64,000 nucleotides of DNA from Chrysomallon squamiferum (lineage: Eukaryota; Animalia; Mollusca), in assembly GCA_012295275.1 (NCBI GenBank), contig CM022670.1, positions 24,800,001-24,864,000 of the forward strand, given 5' to 3'. Position 1 is the stretch's first letter. Every line of letters begins with the position of its first letter. The position numbers were made by a program, and so were the translations under genes. The notes beneath the pieces are model-generated. The model saw nothing but the letters and a program-made list of their open reading frames with translations, was not told where the DNA came from and did not search any database. Below are positions 1 to 12,995 of the stretch, one piece after another.

Positions 1-3000
1 GATTATAAAATTTATTTATTTATTAATTATTTTTATTACATACTTTTTTTTTTTCTTTTTTTTTTTTTAATTATGTACAAATCATTGATAATCAGACAAT
101 GTTGCAACTCATCAGTTTCAGATGAAAAGCAGCCTCTGTCATTAATTGAGTTCTTAAAATTGTTACAGGAAGAGATGGATTATTGTTTGTTGTTGTCTTC
201 AGTATTTGGTCTAGTGTAAGTGATGAAGCCTTTGCCCATGGTAGCAGATACAGCACGAGGTTTGATGCTCAGTGATTCCAGTAGATCATTAGAAAGTTGC
301 CAGTTATTTGTCTGGCAGTGGAGATCAGTTTCCTGCTGTCCAGATCTATTTTACAGTCCAGGAGATCCTGTCTTTATACTGTCATTTAAAACTATTCTCA
401 GGATATCACTGATAAAATAAGGCAGCGTTTCATGTTTTTGGAATGTTTACTCATGGGAAGTGTGATCATAATCATCAGATTGATTTTATGAAGAAAAAAT
501 AATTTCTGACTCTTAATAACATACTTTGTTTCCATTTTCTTTTTATCCATTGTGAACTTGCCATCGAAATTAATTCACACAAAAACCAAATTAATATTAT
601 TAACTTCAAGAAAGCTTATAAATTAATTTAGAAGGTTATTTAATGTAAGTAATCATGATGCTGTTCTGTGTAATCTTACTTCAAAACAGAAACTTAAATA
701 TCCCGAGAAGCTTCTTAATATTTTTTTTTATTATGTTCAAGGTACTGCCTGATGGAACATATTTATTTTGGAGACTATTTTTTACAGTAGGGTGTTCAAA
801 ACTTCATTATGATACAGTAATTGATAACATACGAGTATAAGTAGATAAATTTGGACAAAAATAATGTTTTTATATAACTGGAAATTTAAAATTGAAAATA
901 AGTATACAAAAACAAGTTATGAAATATGAACTTAATTGTTATAAAATTCTCAGTCATTCTTTAGGCTACCTTAAATATTTATTTAAATTTTGTACCTTCA
1001 AAATATTTTAGAATATTTGCTATAACCAGTGGAATACATAACTTGTTCCAAAAATTAAAACATTCGAAAATGTCTTCAAAATATGTTTCAAATGCTCTTA
1101 GGTCAGACAGCCAGATTTTTTTTGGTAATTTAATCACCTTACATTGTATTAACTCTGTTTGTATTTTAAGCATATGTGATTATCTTAAAACTGTTCATTG
1201 ATAATTTGTAAGAAGTTAATCTAGTTTTATTGACAATGGTTGACATTCGATCATTTAAGCAAAAAAAAAGAGGGCACTAACATTTTTAATTCATTTACAC
1301 TCAAGTTGTGTGTATGTGTAGATGGTTGAATCTTTGCATGAGAGGGCGAGGCTTTTTTTTTTTAAATTTTATTTTTTACTTTTATGTCAATAACACAACA
1401 AAGTAACTTGGTGTGTGAAAATATGTATGTTATTTGTTGTTTAATTTTGTGGTCATCTGGTTTTGTCACGTTTGCTCAGTTTCGTGGAAGCAGCTAGTTA
1501 GGACAGTAAATGTGTTTTATGACTTTTAAAATCTATTTTAATCATGAGATATAAAAGCTGGTACTTCCTGAATTGTCTGTGCCTATGCAAAATTATGTTT
1601 TTAAACTTACATTATTAAGTGGTTTTAATTCCAGACATTTTATTAATTTTGTTTTTCAGTTTGGACTACAGTGCCATTGTTTTAATTAAATGTGATAAAT
1701 CTTTAGTTAATTTAACATTTTTCACATCAGTTATTTATAAAAGTTAAATACTTCTTTAGTATCTTATATTTCTGATTTATAAGAAGTGTTATTGATTTAA
1801 ATGAATAGTTTATTTTATTATTATTATACAGCAATAGGTTAATATTTTATTCACTTGGGTAAATTGATTTAAATTTTTGAAGCTTAAGGTTTTAAATGAA
1901 AGTTTATAAAATGTTTCTTTCTTACTTACTTGAGTGAATAAGCTTTCTTTTGGTTTTATAATGAAAATGCAGACGTAATTATTTGAGGCTATTTTTTTTT
2001 TTTTTTTTTTTTTAATTAATTTATATACTTATTTTTAATTTTTTAATTTATTAATTTTTTTTTTTACTTCTTTATGTTCAGCCTGTCATTTCCACTGTCA
2101 TTTCATTAAAAGTACTTGCATTCTTTAATTATGACTCTTTTAAAAACATGATTGATTTTTATTTGTTTTTAATGATGAACCATTCTTTTTAAAAGAAATT
2201 TCAGGATATGGTATGAATAAATGTTACTTTGTTGTGTTCACTGGAAATTAGTTTTGTGTGTAATTTTTTAAAACATATCATGAACTGTGTCCCTCACAGA
2301 AAAAAGATTCAAGGAATGTGTGTTTTAGCTGAAAGGACATTTGCATTGTCTTTAACATTTGGGATATTTTTTAATCAAATTATTGGAGTTAAAAAAGACT
2401 TGTCTGTGATATTGCGGAGTGAAAGTGACTAGAGAACCGTGTGATCTCAGATTTTTTTTAATTAAAAAATTTAAAAATTAGGCTGGTTTATAAGCTGAAA
2501 TTTTAACTGGATTATGTCATATGTGGATCTTGTCATATTAATATCTGATTGTGGTATTTGCAGAAGTTATTTTTACTAGTGTTTTCCTTTTAATGAAATG
2601 AATGATTTTATTATTCAACTGGCTTTTGTGTATATGAATGTAGAAAACTTTGGGATTTTTGGGGTTTGTATTTTCTTTCCTTTAACCAAAACAAAGGATA
2701 TCCTACAATCTTGATTTTGTTTACTTGATTTCAAGACACAGATTTTCCCAGATGAATATTATTTTGTGTTTGTATTGTGTACTTCAGATCATGAATTGTT
2801 ATATCACAACAAAACGAAAATACATAGTTTTTAAAAACAAAAAATTTATCAAAAGATAAATGTATATTTCCTATAACAAATTTTATATGAGCCTTATTTC
2901 CAAGAATAATAATAATAATCATAATAATGACAGTTGTTTTTGTTTCTTTTTTTTCAAATTGATTTCAAATTATTTAATTGTCTGTTAGTGTTATTGTTAA

Positions 3001-4447
3001 TTTACAAATTTGTCAGTATTACAAAGAATATATTCAACTTTAAAAGCAATAGATATATTTTTTAAATGTTTGTTTTTTTTAACAGTGTATTACTTTCTAA
3101 TTTTGAACAAAACAGTAATAATAACAACAACATAACTGCTACTTCAAAAATATTAATATTTATACACATTCAGTTTTTTTTCAAACATTTTTTTTTTCAT
3201 CTAGGAAATTCTGTGCCTTTTACTTTTATTCCTCTGTTAAATTTGTTTTAGTGCTAGTTTTTATTGTTTTTAATAACATCATTTTCACTGGAAACTGTTA
3301 TGCAGAATTCCTATATAGATGCCACAATTATTCATTTATTGATAACATTAAATTTTGTTTCTATTTGTGTTTCTAACAATGTTGTTTTTGTTCAAGATAA
3401 ATCAGAATTTATTATAATTTTTAAAATGTGATTAAAATATAAGATTATTATATGAAACATTCACTGAATTGCCAGTCTGAAGAATGATTATATTTCTAAT
3501 TAAATGGTGCTGCAGTACATTAAAAGGATTTATTTTTAATTGTGAAGAGTACAGAAATGATTTTTCAATCAATATTAATCTTTGGTGTTGAAATACAAAA
3601 TTAAAAAATATAATTTGATTGAAAATAGATGTATATATATAATCTGACATTCCTTTTTTTTTTCTTTTTTTTTTTTCATCTTGAAAGCAGCTTGCAAATT
3701 GATATTTTATTTTTATGTACTAATAGTATATATCAGCAGTACCTTCGGCTATGTTTTATATTTTCCATTTCAAACAATGTTACAAACAGATCCAATTGCC
3801 ATGTACAGTGAGGATTTCGGCATATATTCTGTTTAATAGTTCAAATGTGGTTTAACCCTCTAAATAACGGCATCAGTCCTTAATAGCTAATTTTTTTTTT
3901 TTAAATAGCAGTTTAGAATATGTTAAAGATTAAAATAGAAAATTAAAATTTGATTAAAAAAAATATCATTATTTTGATAGTAGTTTTAGTATTTCATGTT
4001 TTGACTGTAGATCTTTTATTAATAAAATAAATTATAATTCTGTAAATGAAATAGTAGTGCTGCAGTCCAGGAAAAACCAAAACAAGAATACTCAAGAATT
4101 GGTCACAAATATAGTTTTCATCCAGATCCTGAAATTTATAAAAATAATGAAAATAAATAACCATTTATAAATATGAAAGAAGATGAGTGTTTTATATATA
4201 TATGCTACTTTGTCATTTCACAGTAGTATTAATGCAGTATGAAAATACCACCTTTTCATTTATTACACAGTATTTATAATAATAATAATAATGAATTAAA
4301 ATAAAATGTTCTTTCTTTTGTTATTTAGAGGGTTAGCCAGACAGTGCTTATGTCAGATAGTATAGATACAACTTGAGTTGTATGTGTTTTACAATGAAAC
4401 GCTGATATGGCAGCTATTGTCAATAACAACTGGGTTTTCTCCAGATG

Positions 4448-4453
4448 TTATTA

Positions 4454-4513
<60 letters not shown>
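4448..4513. repeat. (TTA)n microsatellite
   Basis: Direct read. Confidence 0.95.
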
Positions 4514-4514
<1 letters not shown>

Positions 4515-5352
4515 GTGTGGTGGACTCTCGTCATGTCTTTTCTAAACTAATTTGATAATCAGAAATGTTAAATATTTATAATTAGTTGGTTGTCTCATTA
4601 ACTGGAAAATTTATAAAGTTAACATTTAAAATTAAATATTTATCCTGAAAACAATTCTCTATTCTTTAAAGTATGCAGTGGGTTCTCTTTTTCAGTGACA
4701 AATATTGTAAGACTCTAATCAATATTTTAATGTATGGTTTCAAAAACCTTTATCAAATTATTTTAAAGAAACATAAGTAATGAGTTAAAAAAATAAATAT
4801 ATATATATAAAAAAATTATTTGTCAGATTAGATTAAAAAAAAACCTGACATGGTACTGCCATATTTTATATGTATGTATATTATGTGCTGTTATATATCT
4901 TTATTTTCTCCTTCAGCTGTTTTAAGATATGAACATTTGTACTAGTTGATCTTCTTTTTCTTTTTCAAAAAAATTTGTTATCTTCTCTTTTTTTTTCTTC
5001 TAATAAACGAATGGACTGGAACAATGGATACATTATTTCACAATATAAAAATGTAAAAACTTCCTGATTAAAAAAAGAAACAAAAAAACCCAGTTTTTAA
5101 TTTGGTCAGATTAGACTTCAGGCAGTGAAACCTAGTGCTAAATTGTATCAGTTGACATAAGAATATAAAAGTTATATTCTGTGGTGTATTACTCAGCTTT
5201 TAATAAAGATTTATGCTTAACTACTGTATTTTCTTATTTTCTTATTATTATTTTCTTCACATTATTGATAATAAGGATTGCAGTTTCTGGACAAAATTAA
5301 TATTAAGAAAGAAAGAAATTTTTTTTTTTTTTGGTTTCACGCATATCTATTA

Positions 5353-5389
<37 letters not shown>

Positions 5390-5639
5390 TTTTTTAAATT
5401 ATGCAGAAATATCTTCATAATTGAAGATTCCTAGCAATTTCTAAATATTAAGTTGAGTAATACACACATATGACTTTCAGTTTATTTGATAAAATAGTTT
5501 TAAATAGATATTATAACTGGCTTAATTATTGTGTACAAGCATTTAACACAATTCTACAATATTACAGTATGTAGAATTTAGTCCTTTATAATGTTATTTC
5601 CCAGTTAAGTTCCAGTTCCATGTTTTTCAAAGCACATCC

Positions 5640-6085
5640 AGGGAATAGTTTGCTGGTTAGAACTAATAATAATACTTGTAATTGTTTCTGTTAGATAACT
5701 GGTTTCTGTAAACTGTATGCAGTTGTTTAGAATCAAGATTAAATTATTCCCCAGATTATCCAAATAAGCCCAGGGGATAATTTGCTGGTTGTAAATAATA
5801 TTGTAACATTTAATGATACTTGTATAACTTTTTCAAATGTAATTGATTTCTCTAACTGAATGAGGTTCAGCCGAATCAAGATAAAATATTCCTTAGATCT
5901 TACAAATAAATCCAAGGAATAGAGTTCCAATTTAAGATATTTAATCCATAATGAAAAACTTTTGTAATTGTTTCTAACACATAACTGGTTTCAGTGAATC
6001 AGTGAAATTGTAAGGAATAATTTACTGGTTACGGTATTTAAAGCTGAATGATACACATTTGTACATGTTTCTAACATAGAGTATT
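5640..6085. repeat. Old degenerate direct repeats
   Basis: Recurring blocks GG(G/A)ATA(G/A)TTT(G/A)CTGGTT at ~5642, ~5774 and ~6013, and TTGTAATTGTTTCT..ATAACTGGTTTC at ~5676 and ~5962. Confidence 0.5.
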
Positions 6086-6977
6086 TAAATGAGATTGTAA
6101 GAAGTCCAAATTAAATTCACTAGTATGCTCTTGTATCTATTTCAAAAATTTACATGGTTTCAGTAACTGAATGATGTTGCAGAGAACCCAGATAAATTAT
6201 TCCTTGGATCTTCCTGTCCTTTACTTTTATCCGCCAGTCTCCTGGTGTAAAGAAAATGTGCCATAAATTGGATAGGTCATGGGCCAGACTTGGGAAGATG
6301 ATGAAATGCAAAAACTGAACAAATGAGATCACTTGTTTAGGATTGGTTGAGGTATGTGCAAAGAAATATATGTATACATATGTACATATATTTTTTTGCC
6401 ACGTCTGGTTCATTTTGAATCCGATAACTGGTTTGCAGGACTGATCTGTGTGACTTGGTTTGTGGCATTACTATTATTATTTTTATTAAACATTGGTGTC
6501 AGACATTATATATATTATTATTATTATATTTTTGAAGTATGTGTTAAATTTAAAAAAAAAAAAGTTTCACAACCACATATTAATGAAGTTCAGTAGAATG
6601 TTGAAATTAATCAACGTAGGTAAACAGTAACCTTTTGAAATACATTTTTAATATCTAAAAGGGAATAATTGACTTCATATATTGTTAGTTAATGTTCATA
6701 ATTTTACATTTTGGGGATAATAAAAACTAAATTTTATATTAAACCGTTTGCTAAAATACCAAAGATGATTGTTAATTTTCAAAAATTTTATTTTTATTTT
6801 CTAAAGTGTATAATGAAGTATTTTGTTTAAATAGTGTAACAAACCAAGTCACAGCAAATCTGGAATAAGCAGAATGGACTCCTGACACAGCACGCCTTGG
6901 CGTGTTTTTATGCTATATTGTGTGCTAGTATTAGTTGCCTTGGGGATGGCGGTTTTCTCTTTTATTGTAGAGCTGTA

Positions 6978-7036
6978 AATAAACAGATGTCTTTTGTTTC
7001 CTATCAGCAAATACTCGACTTTGTTGTTTGTGTTTG
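6978..7036 (+). terminator. Probable poly(A) signal and GU-rich downstream element of a plus-strand gene entering from the left
   Basis: TGTA motifs upstream, AATAAA at 6978-6983, and TTGTTGTTTGTGTTTG at 7021-7036. The plus strand switches from T-rich to A-rich near here. Confidence 0.5.
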
Positions 7037-9710
7037 ATCTTCAGAACATCATTACCGAAGGTGTTTGAATATAGTTGCATGATCAGTGCAAGACAGCAAA
7101 CACTTAGGAAAAATTACAGTCATAGAACCATTTCATAGTGAAGTAAAAATATTCTGGATATCCCATTATAATTGTGAACATTATCCTAGACGGCTCTATA
7201 GGACACTGTCAGGATAAATAATCATAGAAACACTGACTGGGCAACCAGAATTCCAAAAGAGATTATCAAAGACTGCAGTATAGTTTTACCAGTCTAGAGG
7301 AAGATGAATATAAAAAAAAAAAAAAAAAGAAAAAAAAAAAAAAGAATTTGCTGTTAATCAAAAAGAGTAGTTTCTTACCTGGCAGCATTATCTATTTAAG
7401 GATTGCTTGCAACAAACTGTTGGAAGTATCACGTAAAGCAGCTCACATTAGTAGACACACAAATTTAACTGTTAACCTCTTCAAAATGAGCCTGGGTACT
7501 GTCGTCTAACAGCACACAGTGAACTACAGTATAAGTAGACTATTCAGGTATCATACTGAACCATTAAAAATGTCACACAAAAAAGATTCTGTTATATCTC
7601 AGTATGCTGTGGCTGTTAAAATGATTTCTGTATCTGTTGGTCTACATGACCACTACGCCAGCTGCCATCAAAGTAATTGATAGGTCCAACATCAAAATAC
7701 AAGATGTCATTAAATTCATTAATTCATATGCAAGCTAAAACTAACATTTAACAATTTTTTAAGAAAACAAATAATGCCATGGAATTTGTGCAGAATTTCA
7801 TTCACATGAAATCTTAAAATTGAAAATACAAGAAACGATAAACTAATTATTTCATTTTAGATTTTATTAAATCATCAGCCTCAGTGTTATTTTGATTGTA
7901 ATTAATTTTCTTAAAACAGCAAATGTTAACATGAAGTTGATTAAACAATAGAGACAAATAACTATGAAAAGAGTAAAACTGTTGTGTTATAAATTTATTA
8001 CTAAATATCACAGATGTTCCAAGTATCGCAAAAGGCACTCGTACTCTCATTTGTTAAATAAAATAATAAATAGCAGTATAGAGTGGATGGATTTTAATGT
8101 AAGCTAAATAAACATTAAAAAAAAAAATAATAATAATAATAATAATAATAACAATACATATATGAAAGAAAAAAGTATTAATTACTGAAACATTTGTATC
8201 AATTCATAAAAAAATAATTTAAAAAAAAGAAGAAAAAAAAAAGATTTTGTATCTCTAATATAAAGTATTTAAATAATCAAAAATTTCTATCAAGAATTTA
8301 TTTTATTACACCACAAAACAAATGAGATCACTGATGTGTAAAAGTAAAATTAATGTAATATCTTACAGTGTCAAGTTTATTTTACACACATAAAAATATT
8401 AAATACTGAAGTATACTACTATATAATACTAAGTGTATATTATCTATCAAAAAATATATTCTATAATGTACATTAAAAATTGACATTAAATATTCAAATA
8501 ATATACACAAAATACTAACACATAAAGGACATTAATATTTATTTGCACAATATAAAGTAGGATTTCTATATTTTCATATCTGATTAATTATTTAAGATTA
8601 TAAAAAAATAAAATATTTACAAAATGGAATGCATTTGTTTGCAGTTATGTACAATTTAATAAAAACCGTGTTAGGTATTTTTTCTAATTATCACATTCAA
8701 GAGTATTTCAGCTAATCAAAAGAAATTATTATACAATCTGTCTGAATAATTTTAATTTCAAGATCTTAATTCTTTAAAATTTCAGAGATTTCATTTCATT
8801 TACTCTGAAAAAAAAAAAAAAAAATTGATTTTATGCCAACTGTTTGTTTTCTGCTTTTAAATATTGTTTTGGTTTTTTGTTTTGCTTATATATATATATA
8901 TACACACAAACACACATACACAAACACCCATATGAAACATCAATGTAACATACAAACAGAACACAAACACATACACATTTACGTAAGAACTCATATATAG
9001 TGATGATACTTAGCAAAATATTCCCCAAAACAACTCCTTTTAAATATTCACAATTATATTAATGTACAAAGATGGCAAAAAAATATCTATTTTGATCATG
9101 TATTTGAAATAAAATAGCAACATCTAAAAATGTTATTAGCAAATTAATGAATATTCAACAGCTGCATTCTTGAAATATAAAAGATGTGTGTGTGTACATA
9201 TATATATTTATATATACACATTAAATGTCAAACACAACATACTGATGAAGTAAATAGTTTCAAAATGTTTGTTAAAAAATATCAAGGATTTCATATTCTT
9301 GCTATATTCATCTTTAACAAATTTAAAAAAAAAAAAAAATAAAAAAGTTTTATCTTTTACATTTCAGAATTGAAACTTGATGGAACATTTTCTTTCTGTC
9401 ATTTTGTAGTGTTTGTTTTTAAATGTAAATATTCCAAATTTGGAAACTGTAACAAAAATAGTTTTCACACTGCATCTTTCCAAAAATGTTAGTATAGTAC
9501 AAAAACAATAATGAAGTTTTATAAACCATATTTCCACTTATTATGCCTATAGGGGTGATGTTATGCATTATTACTATGTAATCTGTATATATGCACTTCC
9601 TTTTTCAAAAAACCTGAATAATTTATCTGATGAAGCAAATTTTTTATGTATATTTTCTAAACAGTCACTTCAAAAACTGAAAAACAGTTTTGTTTGTTCA
9701 AGTTTTGTAC

Positions 9711-9716
9711 TTTATT
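9711..9716 (-). terminator. AATAAA overlapping the stop codon of cassette A
   Basis: CAA-TAA-A on the minus strand, followed ~25 nt later by TGTTTTTCAGTTTTTG. Confidence 0.4.
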
Positions 9717-12700
9717 GCTTGCTTAAAAAGTAGGCTTTTGCTTTTTTGTAGTAATTCTCACTAAGCCAGTAGTACTGGCTTTCAACCAATGGTAAGCTCT
9801 TCTTTCTGTGAAACAAAAATAATTGTAACAGGCAAATTAGCATTTCTTAGAATAAATTAACATTAAAATGTATTTTAATCTTTCAACTTTAAAATACATT
9901 TTGTCTTTGTTAGCATAAAATGAATTAGACTATTTTCATTAAAGTATATTTAAATCACACACACACACACACACACAGACACAAATGCAGATAGATGCAG
10001 AAACCCACGTACACACTGAGAGAGAGACAGACACAGATATATATACACACACACACATTTTACACCTCAAAATTATTCCTACAAGTACAGAGTTATGATG
10101 ACTTGTATGGAAGGATACATTTAACAACACTTTCATTAAGAAAACTAATTTATAATAGAATGTAACAAAACTTCTTTTTAAAAAAAATATATATTTGCTT
10201 TTTACAAACAAAACTGATGATACTTACATTTTGCCATTGCAGAAGTGAACATCAAATGTTTTTGTTTGTTTATTTATACCAGTCACTTCACCCGGCAGGT
10301 AAATGATGGAATCAGAGTCATCTGAAGCAATGGCCAGCACATACTCATTCTTAGCCAGAGGTGGTCGTCGAGTGAATGAACCAAACATGTGTCTTGGGTC
10401 CTGCGATTTTACATTCCCATTATTCCACAAGATCATATATTCTTGTCCTGTTTTAGTTTTCTCTTTAACTGTGGCTGCAGAAAGAAAAATATTTTGATCT
10501 GTTAAGAAAACTAAAAATAACCATGAAAAAAACACACAATTCAATTACTGTCAGTAATATTTATGTAATTGTTATTAAATGTAATAGTGTTTTTTTATTA
10601 ACATAAACAATCTTTAATTCTTGCATCCCACCCAATTCCAAAAAGGAAATTAATATTATTTAAAGTAACAATCCAGAATTTTGAGTATTCATTTAAACTT
10701 TTAAAAATAGTTCAAACGATTAAAATATTAAATAAAAAATTCATATCAATACGACTTTTTCTTCTTTTTTTTAATCATTATATTACTTTACATCTGTAAG
10801 CCTATCAGCTTTTTCAACACAGAACTTAAACATTCAGTTCAATTATTGTTGCCTGCAGCAGTAGTAAACAAATCTACTATCAGGAGGTAGGTGTGTTCTG
10901 CAGACAGCCAACATATACATACATGTAAGTTTGTTGAGTAGTGAGTTAACAGTTTTGTGTTAATTTAAAAATGGCCAAAATTCAATGATTTAAACAACTG
11001 TTATTAAAGTTTAATGCTACAAACCTATTTCATATTCTCCAGTGTCATCGTTTCTCACTATGGCCGGATGTCCCACCCACAGCTGTTCATACTGTAGAAT
11101 CTCTTCAACATCATAGTTGTATTTCTTCTGAGACAGCTTGTAAACGTCAGTCCTGGTCAGATTTGCCTCGTTCTTGTCGTAGAAGGTGACATCAAAAGAG
11201 TTATCTGAACTGCTCACCACCCGACCAGGTGCGTAGCTTGATGGGTAGCCAGGATATGCTGCTACAACATAATCACCTTCCTGAAAACAGAAGTTAACCT
11301 GTTATAGAATATTATTATATGATGCTGTATAGTCAAACCTACTTTTGTGACCATTTTGCGTATCACAGTCATGTCCCTATATCAGCCTTGAGATTTCCTC
11401 AGCAATACATTTTATCATGTTTTAACTTTGTATGACAACATCTGTACATGATAAAAACTTTTTCCTCAGTCCCTTGTGTATCCATCATAGACAGGTTCAA
11501 CTATTTATTACTATACACTGTTATACTTTATAGAACTTAATCACATTCACTCATATAATATTCTAGTGCACAGTTGTTAATTGCAATTGTAGTAAACAAT
11601 AATGTACTATATCATTTTAGATCATATCATTTGGAATAGTTCCTTGTCCTATATCTCATCATAATTTTTATGTCAAAAATTAATTTTCCATTTCAATATT
11701 TTAGTTTTAACATTTTTAATATTACAGAACCTCAATCTTCTTCTCTGTATCATCTTTGTCTGTGATGATATCATGACGTGGAATCTCCTCAGCATCACCT
11801 GTGCTGTCTCCCACAATGTACAAGTTGTTTCCCACCTTCTGAAGAATGACACCTGTAACAAGGAATGGGTAAAAACTTCCTTAATCCAAATGAGTGATTC
11901 TTTTACAATTGCTTTTTCTTTTTATCAAGAATAAAATACCTTTTTTTCTTCTAATATGAATACATTTCTTATTTTAAAAATTTTCCACACGGTATATAAA
12001 TTGAGTGTTCTGGTTTTCAGACCATATATTCCATGTTCCAGTTGTTCAGTACCAGTGCAGTTTACATTCATCCATTATTCACAAAGCAGTTGAGATCATT
12101 GTTGTACAACCTTTTTATACAGCTGCGCTGTAGACAACAACCACTGTGGGATATTAACTCATTTTGACATTATTGTTTTTATGTTAATTCAGAAACAGCT
12201 TGAGTACAGTGACTTAAATACAGCATGAAAAAGAAAATGCATTTTAAACACTGCTCTGGTATAGGAAAACTCATTGGGTTACTAATTATTTTCTTTTTCT
12301 TCTGTTTTCTATTGCTAAGTCGCCATTTACCACGAATTAGCATCACTTCTCAAATAATGTCAGCTGTTAGTTCATAGCTATAATCTGCATACATAGAAAA
12401 TATTTGAAAATTAAGTTGTTTTAAGAAATAATTAGTTTCATAAATTAAAAAAAAGGAAAAAAAAATAGAACTAACCTTGATAATACCATCCACCGTCAGG
12501 CCATCTGGCTAAAACCTCTTCGTTTTCACTAATGTCTGGCAAAGATTTAGATTCTATAATAATACAAATTTTAAATTAATTAATTAAATAAATAATAAAC
12601 ATTATCATATAGGAATGCTTTGGTTAAGGTGGAAGAGGATTGATTAACAAATAAAAGCACAAATATCTATTTCTCTGTCTGATTTTATTTCCTATGTTTG

Positions 12701-12960
12701 CCCCAGTGTTTTCCAGCTGTTTTATTACAAACTGGGAAGCTACTTGCCCCTTAGATTTCAGTAGGCATCTCTATTTGTATTCAGTATGTCACTTTTTGTT
12801 AATAAAAATTATTATTATTATTATTATTTATAGTAGTAGTTGTAGTATAATAATAATTATTATAATGATGATGATGATGGTGAAGAAATGAAGTCTAACT
12901 TGGAGCTTCTTCTTGGAATTTATTGTCAGTGAACTCCTCTTTTGTTGATTTCCCTGTGAA

Positions 12961-12995
<35 letters not shown>

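Larger units (their letters stand above)
169..7010 (+). other. Possible terminal exon and long 3' UTR of an unidentified plus-strand gene
   Basis: Acceptor-like TTGTTACAG at 160-168 followed by GC-richer sequence. The three frames stop quickly (EEMDYCLLLSSVFGLV*, KRWIIVCCCLQYLV*, GRDGLLF..STRFDAQ*). About 6.7 kb of T-rich sequence without clear exons follows, up to the poly(A) signal. Confidence 0.3.

Noticed and set aside
10303-10497. Plus-strand ORFs over real exons (also 24444-24638, 35806-36063, 41680-41898, 47086-47348, 49718-49996)
   Set aside because: They are antisense shadows of minus-strand VWA3B exons.
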